From assembly GCA_963805085.1 (NCBI GenBank), contig CAWDTA010000002.1, forward strand, positions 832,001-896,000: a stretch of 64,000 nucleotides of DNA, read 5' to 3'. Source of the stretch: an uncultured Veillonellaceae bacterium. Lineage in GTDB: Bacteria > Bacillota > Negativicutes > JARBTT01. The notes below the pieces were generated by a model, which saw only the letters and a program-made list of their open reading frames with translations, made no database searches and was not told where the DNA came from. Positions within the stretch are counted from its first letter, which is position 1, and each line of letters starts with the position of its first letter. Made by a program: the position numbers and the translations under genes. Positions 19,743 through 28,643 of this stretch are shown piece by piece.

Positions 19743-22073
19743 GTGTTTAAAATTAATACATTAGAAGGACATAATCGTATGTCAACGCAAGATTTGCTTA
19801 TGGCCATTAGTGAGGCTGTGGCAAATGGTGAGACAGAATTTGATATAGCGGCTTCCGGCCAACATGATATTGGTGGACCGCTATGGCACCCAGAGGGTAA
19901 AACGTTAAAATTCCATGTAACCAATGCTGGTCAACGCGTTGGTTCTATGTGTCTTGAAAATACAGAGATTATCGTAGATGGTTCTGCTTCCGCTGACGTA
20001 GGTTGGCTCAATGCAGGTGGGAAAATCGTCATCAAGGGTGATGCTGGGGATACAGCGGGCCATTGTGCGGCAGCTGGTAGTATTTATATCGGCGGACGTG
20101 CTGGTACGCGCTCAGGTTCTTTAATGAAACATGACCCACTTTATGATCCGCCAGAAATGTGGATACTCAAGAATGTTGGCAGTTTTTCCTTTGAGTTCAT
20201 GGGTGGCGGTAAGGCGATTGTCTGCGGCTATGATAGTGAAGCATTTGAGTCGGTACTTGGTGATCGTGCTTGTGTTGGTATGGTTGGTGGTGTTCTTTAC
20301 TTTAGGGGTAAGGCAAAAGGTATTTCTCAAGAGGAACTCACTGTAACTGAACTTGAAGCTAGCGATATTGAATATTTAGATGGTAAAATGGATGATTTCT
20401 TAAGTTCCATAGATAGGCCAGAACTTCGCGTTGAACTTACCAATTGGAGTGAATGGCATAAGTTGAGACCATTGACGTTTGAAGAACGCATACCAAAAGA
20501 TGTGGGCAATATTAAAGATTTTCGTACGAAAGAATGGGTTGAAGGCGGTATCTTCAGCGATGTTTGTATGGATGACTTTGTGGTAAATAGTCTGGTTGTT
20601 ACGGGGACTTATCGTCAACGGGTGCCAGCTTGGGAAAACGCAAAATATGCGGCTCCTTGTGAGTTTAATTGCCCGGCAAATGTGCCAACGCAACAACGGT
20701 ATAATTTACTTCGTGAAGGCAAAGTAGAAGAAGCGTATAAATTAGTTCTGGAATATACTCCATTCCCAGGATCTGTCTGCGGTAGCGTTTGTCCTAACCT
20801 TTGTATGGAAGGGTGTACGCGTGGAACACTTGATGAGGCTGTACAGATTGGTCAACTTGGACTTTACTCGGTAGATACGATTGTAGAAGCACCAACTGTG
20901 AAAACGGGCAAAATAATCGCGGTTCTTGGTGGTGGGGTCGCAGGGCTAAATGCAGCTTGGCAATTAGCGAAAAAGGGTCATGATGTTATTGTCTATGAAG
21001 AAGATGCAAAAATGGGTGGGAAACTAGAACAAGTTATTCCTCGTTCTCGTCTACCACAAGAAATATTACAAAAAGAATTAAAACGCATTACCGATATGGG
21101 CATTAAATTTGTTAATAACTATAAAATAACTGCCGAAAGGTTCGCTGAAATAAAAGCTGGGCATGATGCGGTTATCGTGGCTACCGGTGGACATAATCCA
21201 ACTGTATTCCCATGGCCAGGAAAAGAAAGAATTGTTAAGGGATTACATTTCTTAAAAGCGGTGAACAAGGGGGAACATCCAGCAGTTGGTAAAAATGTTA
21301 TTGTTATCGGGTGTGGTAATTCTGGGATGGATGCTGCCTTGGGTGCGTATCAGATGGGCGCTGAAAAGGTTACGTGTATTGATGTACAAAAACCAGCGGC
21401 TTTTGCCAAAGAAATCGCCCACGTAGAAGCTCTCGGTGGTAAACTTATTTGGCCAGTAATGACCAAAGAAGTAACGGATGAAGGGATTATTACGAATGAC
21501 GGTACACTCATCCCTGGCGATATGGTAATCATTACAGTGGGTGAAGTTCCAGAACTTGAATATTTACCAGAAGGCTTAGAAAAATTCCGGGCTTGGTTGG
21601 TACCAAAAGCCGATAAAAGCATTATGGACGGTGTATTCGCTGCAGGGGATGTGATTAAACCAGGTCGCCTTGTTGATGCAATTGGGGCGGGTTCTAAAGC
21701 AGCTCATGCGGCAGATCTTTATGTAAGAGGGCTTGCTTATGAACCGGAAACAGAAAAAATTTTGGTGCCATCAAATCAATTAGGCAAAGATTATTTTACA
21801 AAATGCCATAGCTGTGAACTACCTGCGGCAAATGAAGATTATAATCGTTGTATTAGTTGTGGGACTTGTCGTGATTGCCAAATGTGCTTGAATTCTTGTC
21901 CTGAAAAAGCAATCACAAGAGTTGATTTGCCAGATGGAACATTCCAATATGAATCTAACGCGGAAAAATGTATTGGCTGTGGCATTTGTTCAGGTGTTTG
22001 TCCATGCGGTATTTGGTTGATGGGCTCTAATACTGAAAAAATCAATATGTATAGAACGTATAATAAAAGTTAA
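19743..22073 (+). CDS. fusion of GXGXG (GltB C-terminal-like) domain, GltD-like FAD/NAD(P) oxidoreductase and C-terminal ferredoxin
   Basis: GXGXG repeats and FEFMGGG; APC...CP, CGSVCP...C...C, GGGVAG, GCGNSG, FAAGD; two C-terminal CxxCxxCxxxCP motifs. Confidence 0.8.
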   Translation: MFKINTLEGHNRMSTQDLLMAISEAVANGETEFDIAASGQHDIGGPLWHPEGKTLKFHVTNAGQRVGSMCLENTEIIVDGSASADVGWLNAGGKIVIKGDAGDTAGHCAAAGSIYIGGRAGTRSGSLMKHDPLYDPPEMWILKNVGSFSFEFMGGGKAIVCGYDSEAFESVLGDRACVGMVGGVLYFRGKAKGISQEELTVTELEASDIEYLDGKMDDFLSSIDRPELRVELTNWSEWHKLRPLTFEERIPKDVGNIKDFRTKEWVEGGIFSDVCMDDFVVNSLVVTGTYRQRVPAWENAKYAAPCEFNCPANVPTQQRYNLLREGKVEEAYKLVLEYTPFPGSVCGSVCPNLCMEGCTRGTLDEAVQIGQLGLYSVDTIVEAPTVKTGKIIAVLGGGVAGLNAAWQLAKKGHDVIVYEEDAKMGGKLEQVIPRSRLPQEILQKELKRITDMGIKFVNNYKITAERFAEIKAGHDAVIVATGGHNPTVFPWPGKERIVKGLHFLKAVNKGEHPAVGKNVIVIGCGNSGMDAALGAYQMGAEKVTCIDVQKPAAFAKEIAHVEALGGKLIWPVMTKEVTDEGIITNDGTLIPGDMVIITVGEVPELEYLPEGLEKFRAWLVPKADKSIMDGVFAAGDVIKPGRLVDAIGAGSKAAHAADLYVRGLAYEPETEKILVPSNQLGKDYFTKCHSCELPAANEDYNRCISCGTCRDCQMCLNSCPEKAITRVDLPDGTFQYESNAEKCIGCGICSGVCPCGIWLMGSNTEKINMYRTYNKS

Positions 22074-22082
22074 GCTGTTTTA

Positions 22083-22127
22083 AAATGTCGGATTTTGCGG
22101 AATGGATTACTGCAGAATCCGACATTT
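22083..22127 (+). terminator. hairpin after the glutamate synthase cluster
   Basis: AAATGTCGGATTTTGCGG/CTGCAGAATCCGACATTT. Confidence 0.6.
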
Positions 22128-22257
22128 GGCTTTGCGTATAATTTAAGATATTTATAAAATAGGAAAAAGACACGAATTCATTTTGTTTAAGCCTGATGTA
22201 TCAACAGTAAAAGTACAAGTGTGTGTTTTAAGCGTACAAAATGACTTAAGAAATATA

Positions 22258-22286
22258 TTGACGATGTAACAAATGTAAACTATAAT
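22258..22286 (+). promoter_or_regulatory. sigmaA promoter of the first Liv binding-protein gene
   Basis: TTGACG-N17-TATAAT. Confidence 0.7.
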
Positions 22287-22355
22287 ACTCTTATGGCATA
22301 TGAGCGAGGATGTGTAGCTCATATACTGGGGGATATTTTTCTAGGGGGGTACAAA

Positions 22356-23543
22356 ATGAATTTAAAGAAGAAAGTGATGTCTATGACCAGTATGGTCGTA
22401 GGGATGACAATGATGGGCGTATTGTTTGCTGGTTGCGGTGGTAATGACGCGGCAAATAACAACGAAATTAAAATTGGTGCAAACTTTGAGTTAACAGGCG
22501 GCGTTGCGAATTATGGTAGCCAAGCGTTAAACGGTATCAAATTAGCAATCAAACAGGCCAATGATGCTGGTGGAGTAAATGGCAAGAAAATCAATTTGAT
22601 TGTCGCTGATAACAAATCAGAAGCATCTGAAGCAGCCAATGCAACAACAAAACTAATTTCCAACGATAAAGTTAAAGTTGTTCTTGGTCCAGCAACGACT
22701 TCGAACATGTTAGCAACAACGCAAATTGCAACAGATAACAAAATTCCAGTCATTGCACCAACAGGTACAAATCCTAAAATTACGGTTGGTGAAGATGGTA
22801 AAGTAAAACCATTTATCTTCCGTAGTTGTTTCATTGATCCACTACAAGGTGAAGTAATGGCAGGATTTGCAGCGAAAACATTAAATGCGAAGACCGCAGC
22901 GATTTACGTAGATTCCAGTTCTGACTATTCCAAGAGTCTAGCAGAAGTATTTACAAAACAATTTGAAGCAGCTGGTGGTAAGGTTATTGTACAAGAAGCA
23001 TTCTTACAAAAAGACCAGGACTTCAAATCAACACTTACAAAAATAAAAGCGTCAAATCCTGACGTTGTATTTATCCCAGCTTACTATGAAGAAGTTGGTA
23101 AAATCGTAAAACAAGCACGTGAATTAGGCATTACTGTTCCTTTACTTGGAACTGATGGTTGGGATGATGCTAAACTTGCTGAAATCGCTGGTGCCGCACC
23201 ATTGAATAATACATTCTTTAGTTCTCACTATTCTATCCAAGATAGTGATGAAAATGTTAAAAAATTCATTGAAGCTTATAAAGCTGAATATAAACAAGAA
23301 CCAAGTGTATTTGCAGCTTTAGGATATGATGCAGGCATGATGCTAATTGATGCAATCAAACGCGCTGGGTCTGATGATCCAGAAAAAATTCGTAAGGCAT
23401 TAGAAGAAACGAAAGATTTACAAGTGGGTACTGGTGTTATCACAATTGATAAAAACCATGATCCAATTAAATCAGCCGTTGTTTTGGAAATGAAAGACGG
23501 TCAAAAAATCTTCAAACAAAAGATCAATCCTACCAAGGAATAA
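22356..23543 (+). CDS. livK: LivJ/K-family ABC substrate-binding lipoprotein 1
   Basis: Lipobox LFAGC; INDAGGVNG-type, FIFRSCFID and GTDGWD motifs; SD before ATG 22356. Confidence 0.88.
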   Translation: MNLKKKVMSMTSMVVGMTMMGVLFAGCGGNDAANNNEIKIGANFELTGGVANYGSQALNGIKLAIKQANDAGGVNGKKINLIVADNKSEASEAANATTKLISNDKVKVVLGPATTSNMLATTQIATDNKIPVIAPTGTNPKITVGEDGKVKPFIFRSCFIDPLQGEVMAGFAAKTLNAKTAAIYVDSSSDYSKSLAEVFTKQFEAAGGKVIVQEAFLQKDQDFKSTLTKIKASNPDVVFIPAYYEEVGKIVKQARELGITVPLLGTDGWDDAKLAEIAGAAPLNNTFFSSHYSIQDSDENVKKFIEAYKAEYKQEPSVFAALGYDAGMMLIDAIKRAGSDDPEKIRKALEETKDLQVGTGVITIDKNHDPIKSAVVLEMKDGQKIFKQKINPTKE

Positions 23544-23580
23544 ATTAAAAGAATACTTGCAATTAAAATCAATGTTGATT

Positions 23581-23621
23581 AGCAGGGGCGAGGCAGACAT
23601 ATGTCTTGTTCCTGCTTTTTT
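23581..23621 (+). terminator. intrinsic terminator between binding-protein genes 1 and 2
   Basis: AGCAGGGGCGAGGCA/TGTCTTGTTCCTGCT plus T tract. Confidence 0.6.
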
Positions 23622-23670
23622 ACATATTATTCCCAGTTTCGAGTTAACAAAACTTAAGGGGGGCGTAAAC

Positions 23671-24846
23671 ATGAAAAATAAATTGACGAAAATTACCAGT
23701 CTTTTGGTAGGGCTGGCAATGGGCACTAGTTTACTAGCCGGTTGTGGTGGTGCAGCAACACAAGCTGATAGTAAGGAAATTCTTGTTGGTGGGAACTTTG
23801 AGATGACTGGTGGTATTGCCAATTTTGGTATGCAAACTACAAATGGCCTTAAATTGGCGTTTAAGCAGATTAATGACGCTGGTGGAATCAATGGTAAGAA
23901 AATCAAATTTATCATTGCTGACAACAAATCAGAGCCATCAGAATCGGCAAATGCAACAACGAAACTGATTACAAATGATAAAGTTAAAGTTGTGATTGGA
24001 GCAGTTTCTAGTTCGAATGTACTTGCAGCTATTCCAATTGCTCAGTCTAATAAAGTTCCGTTGATTACACCAACAGGAACAAACCCTAAAATCACCGTTG
24101 GCGACGACGGCAAAGTAAATAGCTATGTTTTTAGATCGTGCTTTATTGACACATTCCAAGGTAGCATAATGGCAAACTTTGCTACAAACTCTTTAAATGC
24201 AAAAACTGTGGTAGTTTATTCCGATAACAGTTCAGACGAGTCAAAAGGGTTAGCAGAAGTATTTACAAAGCAATTTGAAGCAGCTGGCGGTAAAGTTCTT
24301 GGACAAGAAGCTTTCTTGCAAAAAGACCAAGACTTTAAAGCAACACTTACAAAAATTAAAGCATTAAATCCAGATATTGTGTTCTTACCTGCATACTATG
24401 AAGAAGTAGGTAAAATTCTAAAACAAGCCCACGACCTAGGTATTACAGCAAAATTCCTAGGTACTGATGGTTGGGATGATCCTAAAATGGTAGATGTAGC
24501 TGGTAAAGATGCTGTAGAAGGTAATTTCTTTAGCAATCACTATTCAGCGCAAGATACGGATCCGAATGTAAAAAGTTTCGTAGATGCTTATAAAGCAGAA
24601 TATAATCAAGAACCTAGTGCTCTTGCCGCACTTGGTTACGATGCTGGCTTGATGGTTGCTGATGCAATCAAACGTGCTGGCTCTGATGATCCAGAAAAAA
24701 TCCGTAAAGCATTAGAAGAAACAAAAAACTTCCAGGTTAGCACAGGGATTATTTCCTTAGATGATAGCCATAACCCAATTAAATCTGCGGTTGTAATTGA
24801 AATGAAAGATGGTAAACAAGTATTCAAAGAAAAAATCAATCCTTGA
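23671..24846 (+). CDS. LivJ/K-family ABC substrate-binding lipoprotein 2
   Basis: Lipobox LLAGC; close paralogue of protein 1; SD before ATG 23671. Confidence 0.88.
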   Translation: MKNKLTKITSLLVGLAMGTSLLAGCGGAATQADSKEILVGGNFEMTGGIANFGMQTTNGLKLAFKQINDAGGINGKKIKFIIADNKSEPSESANATTKLITNDKVKVVIGAVSSSNVLAAIPIAQSNKVPLITPTGTNPKITVGDDGKVNSYVFRSCFIDTFQGSIMANFATNSLNAKTVVVYSDNSSDESKGLAEVFTKQFEAAGGKVLGQEAFLQKDQDFKATLTKIKALNPDIVFLPAYYEEVGKILKQAHDLGITAKFLGTDGWDDPKMVDVAGKDAVEGNFFSNHYSAQDTDPNVKSFVDAYKAEYNQEPSALAALGYDAGLMVADAIKRAGSDDPEKIRKALEETKNFQVSTGIISLDDSHNPIKSAVVIEMKDGKQVFKEKINP

Positions 24847-25002
24847 TTTTTAGAAAAATGCGATTAAACTGTTGTTTTGTTAGCCGATACAATGGTTCCC
24901 GAGAGTGAAACAAAAACGAGGAGCTAGCACGAAAATATTTTGTGAATAGCTCCTTGTCTTTATTGGAAGGACAAAAAATGATTTTGTCCTAATATTGTGG
25001 TA

Positions 25003-25031
25003 TTGACAATATTGGGAAGTACTTTTAAAAT
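25003..25031 (+). promoter_or_regulatory. sigmaA promoter of binding-protein gene 3
   Basis: TTGACA-N17-TAAAAT; an inverted repeat overlaps the -35 box. Confidence 0.7.
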
Positions 25032-25185
25032 TAAACCTATTGGTACTTAATTAAGTTAGGATTTAAACTAAATTATCTATGGTGGATAATTTTATTTTGA
25101 TTAAGTATGAATGAGAAGTAAGGTTACGGGCAGAGATAGTGTAACATTACTTTCTGGCGAGTATTAATAGTTGAGGGGGATCATT

Positions 25186-26358
25186 ATGTTTTTCAATAAA
25201 AGTAAACAAATGTTATGTGCAGTTACAGCGATGGGCATGCTTGCACTAGCCGTTACTGGTTGTGGTGGCGGTTCTAGCTCTGACACAATTAAACTTGGGG
25301 CAAATTTAGAAATGACAGGTACAAATGCTACCTTTGGTCAATCAGCGACCAATGGGGCAAAGCTTGCAATTAAAGAAGTAAATGCAAAGGGTGGCGTACT
25401 TGGCAAGAAAATAAGTTTAGTCGTAGCAGATAATAAATCAGAAGCTGCAGAAGCAGCCAATGCAATGCAAAAATTAATTTCACAAGATAAAGTACTAGGT
25501 GTTATTGCACCAATCGCGTCTTCTAGTGTTATTGCTGGTGCACAAGTAAATATGGACGGTAAAGTTCTTGCGATTAGTCCAACAGCGTCTAATCCAAAAG
25601 TAACAGTCGATCCAGCTACTGGGAAAACTCGCGATTATTTATTTAGAGCAGCGTTTATTGATCCTTTCCAAGGCTCTGTAATGGCTAATTTTGCAACGAA
25701 AACGCTAAAAGGTAAAACGGCAGCGTTGTATATTGATAATTCCAGTGACTATGCAAAAGGGTTAGGGCAATTCTTTAAAGAAACGTTTATCAAAAATGGT
25801 GGAACTATTGTCGCTGAAGAAGCATATTTAGCAAAAGATACTGATTTTAAATCAACCTTAACAAAGATTAAAGCAACAAATCCTGACATCGTATTTGTAC
25901 CGGGCTACTACCAAGAAGTTGGTATGATCGTAAAACAAGGCCGCGAAATTGGTATTAAAGCGGCAATATTAGGTGGCGATGGTTGGGATAGTGCGAAACT
26001 TCCTGAAATCGCTGGTGCCGAAGCATTAAATAATACATTCTTCGCAAATCATTATTCCCCGGACGATAATAGCCCTGCAATTAAAACCTTTGTTGATTCT
26101 TATAAAGCAGAATATGGCGAAACTCCAGATGCCTTCGCAGCGCTTTCGTATGATGCTACTATGATGATCATTGAAGCAATCAAACGTGCTGGCAGTGAAG
26201 ACACTGTGAAAATCAAAGATGAACTTGCAAAAACAAAAGACTATCAAGCTGTTTCAGGAGTAATTACCTTAAATGAAACACATGATGCGGTTAAGAGTGC
26301 CGTTGTTATTGAAATGAAAGATGGTAAACAAACTTTTAAAGAAAAAGTAAATCCATAA
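25186..26358 (+). CDS. LivJ/K-family ABC substrate-binding lipoprotein 3
   Basis: Lipobox AVTGC; YLFRAAFIDPFQG and GGDGWD motifs. Confidence 0.88.
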   Translation: MFFNKSKQMLCAVTAMGMLALAVTGCGGGSSSDTIKLGANLEMTGTNATFGQSATNGAKLAIKEVNAKGGVLGKKISLVVADNKSEAAEAANAMQKLISQDKVLGVIAPIASSSVIAGAQVNMDGKVLAISPTASNPKVTVDPATGKTRDYLFRAAFIDPFQGSVMANFATKTLKGKTAALYIDNSSDYAKGLGQFFKETFIKNGGTIVAEEAYLAKDTDFKSTLTKIKATNPDIVFVPGYYQEVGMIVKQGREIGIKAAILGGDGWDSAKLPEIAGAEALNNTFFANHYSPDDNSPAIKTFVDSYKAEYGETPDAFAALSYDATMMIIEAIKRAGSEDTVKIKDELAKTKDYQAVSGVITLNETHDAVKSAVVIEMKDGKQTFKEKVNP

Positions 26359-26533
26359 AGCGAATCGTTATTTATCAAGAAACACACTATGATGATACTA
26401 ATAATATAGTATATATCCATAGTGTGTTTTTGTGTGATGGACATTGAGGAAAACTATTGTATACAAAATGCGGTATATTTTATATATAAACGCTAAAATC
26501 ACCGTTAATCGAGCAAATATGTAAAATGAATGA

Positions 26534-26562
26534 TTGACAGTACAAAGTTACAATATTATAAT
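26534..26562 (+). promoter_or_regulatory. consensus sigmaA promoter of livHMGF
   Basis: TTGACA-N17-TATAAT. Confidence 0.8.
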
Positions 26563-26668
26563 GATGATAGTAATGGTTTTAGTCGTAGACGTTTAAACTG
26601 TAAGTATGAGGATGTTTGTTGCTCAGGGTGGAGCATACTGCTAGGTATGGCGAAATTAGAGGTAAATG

Positions 26669-26706
26669 AAGACCTTTAGCCAATCGTAATGGCTAAAGGT
26701 CTTTTC
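26669..26706 (+). terminator. attenuator-type terminator in the livH leader
   Basis: 14-bp stem AAGACCTTTAGCCA/TGGCTAAAGGTCTT plus TTTT, between the promoter and livH. Confidence 0.75.
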
Positions 26707-26801
26707 GTGGTTTTTACCATGTAGCATGACAGATAACGGAAACCTCAGTTTAAGGGTTACTAGCCAAAACGTCAGTTATTTATATGAATGGAGGAGAAAA
26801 A

Positions 26802-27689
26802 ATGGAATTTTTGGAACAATTAATTCAGCAGTTAATTAATGGTGTTTCATTGGGTAGTATTTATGCCTTGATCGCATTAGGTTATACTATGGTTTACGGG
26901 ATTATCAAATTAATTAACTTTGCCCATGGCGACATTTATATGATTGGCGCATATGCTGGTTTCTTTGCAACAGCAAACCTTGGTTTACCATTTGTGCCAG
27001 CACTTATCGTATCAATGGTTGTGGCTGGTTTGATTGGGATGTTGATTGAACGAATGGCATATCGTCCACTTCGTCATGCGCCGAAAATTGCGGTATTGAT
27101 TACGGCAATTGGTATTTCATTGTTATTAGAATATGGTGGAATGTTACTTTTCACTCCACAACCGAGAACGTTTCCTAACGTATTGGAATCGGTAACGTAT
27201 CATATGGGACCATTTGTAGTAAATAGTCAACAAATCATTATTTTAGTCGTTTCAATTATTTTAATGGTTATCTTAACTTATGTAGTACAAAAAACAATCA
27301 TTGGTAAAGCAATGCGTGCAGTTTCTTTTGATACGGATGCAGCGCAATTGATGGGGATAGACGTTGACCGCATTATTTCAGCTACGTTTGGTATCGGTTC
27401 AGCGCTTGCCGCTGCGGCTGGTGTACTTGTTGGTATCTATTATAATTCTATCGATCCACTTATGGGGATCATGCCGGGGCTAAAAGCCTTCGTTGCAGCA
27501 GTACTTGGTGGTATTGGTATTATTCCTGGTGCAATGGCCGGTGGTGTTATTCTTGGTGTTATTGAAGCACTAGTAAGTGGATTCATTTCATCTACATTCC
27601 GTGATGCAGCGGCGTTTGCCATTTTAATTATTATCCTATTGTTCAAACCTTCAGGGTTATTTGGCAAAAACGTACGCGAGAAAGTGTAG
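26802..27689 (+). CDS. livH: branched-chain amino acid ABC permease LivH
   Basis: GYTMVYGIIKLINFAHG and KAFVAAVLGGIG motifs. Confidence 0.95.
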   Translation: MEFLEQLIQQLINGVSLGSIYALIALGYTMVYGIIKLINFAHGDIYMIGAYAGFFATANLGLPFVPALIVSMVVAGLIGMLIERMAYRPLRHAPKIAVLITAIGISLLLEYGGMLLFTPQPRTFPNVLESVTYHMGPFVVNSQQIIILVVSIILMVILTYVVQKTIIGKAMRAVSFDTDAAQLMGIDVDRIISATFGIGSALAAAAGVLVGIYYNSIDPLMGIMPGLKAFVAAVLGGIGIIPGAMAGGVILGVIEALVSGFISSTFRDAAAFAILIIILLFKPSGLFGKNVREKV

Positions 27690-28643
27690 GTGGTAGATAT
27701 GAGAGCGATAACGAAGAAAGACTTAAAAATAGCTGGTGCTTGCGTAGTCTTATATGCGATTATTGAAGCACTGTTAAAAATGGATATAATCGGTTCCTTT
27801 TGGGAACTAAACTTAATTTTGATTGCGATTAATATTATTATGTCAGTCAGCCTTAACTTGATTAACGGCTATACAGGGCAATTTTCGCTTGGGCATGCCG
27901 GATTTATGGCCGTTGGTGCATATGTCAGTGCCATTATTACGGTGAAATTTCACTTGCCATTTCTCTTAGCAATTATTGTTGGTGCTTTGGGATCGGGATT
28001 ACTTGGGTTCTTAATTGGATTGCCAACGTTGCGGCTAAATGGTGACTATTTAGCAATTGCAACTCTAGGACTTGGTGAAATCATTCGTATCGTTATTCTT
28101 AATATTCCATATGTCGGTGGTGCTTCGGGCTTCATGGGAATTCCTCGATATACAAACTTTACGTGGGCATTCTTTGTCTGCTTATTCACGCTATTCTTTA
28201 TCAAAAATTTAGTGAATTCTTCACATGGCCGGGCATGTATTTCTATTCGCGAAAATGAAATTGCTGCGGAAGCAATGGGGATTGATACGACAAGATATAA
28301 AGTGATTGCATTTACAATTGGTGCGGCATTCGCTGGTGTTGCTGGGGCCTTATTTGCCCATTACTTCTATATTGCGCATCCAGCATCGTTCACATTTATG
28401 ATGTCTTTCAATTATTTAACAATGGTTGTTATGGGGGGGCTTGGCTCTATCACGGGCTCTATTGCTGGTGCAGTTATCTTAACGTTCGTTTCCGCTGCGC
28501 TTGCAAGTTGGCCTGAATGGCGGATGATTGTTTATTCAATCGTGTTAATTTTGTTAATGCTTTATCGTCCACAAGGCTTATTTGGTAATGTGGAATTAAC
28601 TAGTCTTAGCATTTTTAAACGTTTCAAGGGAGGTAGCAAGTAA
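27690..28643 (+). CDS. livM: branched-chain amino acid ABC permease LivM
   Basis: GYTGQFSLGHAGF and LRLNGDYLAIATLG motifs. Confidence 0.95.
   Translation: MVDMRAITKKDLKIAGACVVLYAIIEALLKMDIIGSFWELNLILIAINIIMSVSLNLINGYTGQFSLGHAGFMAVGAYVSAIITVKFHLPFLLAIIVGALGSGLLGFLIGLPTLRLNGDYLAIATLGLGEIIRIVILNIPYVGGASGFMGIPRYTNFTWAFFVCLFTLFFIKNLVNSSHGRACISIRENEIAAEAMGIDTTRYKVIAFTIGAAFAGVAGALFAHYFYIAHPASFTFMMSFNYLTMVVMGGLGSITGSIAGAVILTFVSAALASWPEWRMIVYSIVLILLMLYRPQGLFGNVELTSLSIFKRFKGGSK

Noticed and set aside
24845-24859. CodY-box-like GATTTTTAGAAAAAT
   Set aside because: Three mismatches in AT-rich DNA and far from the next promoter
26622-26640. T-box-like CAGGGTGG in the livH leader
   Set aside because: No ACC after GGTGG and no recognisable Stem I or specifier loop
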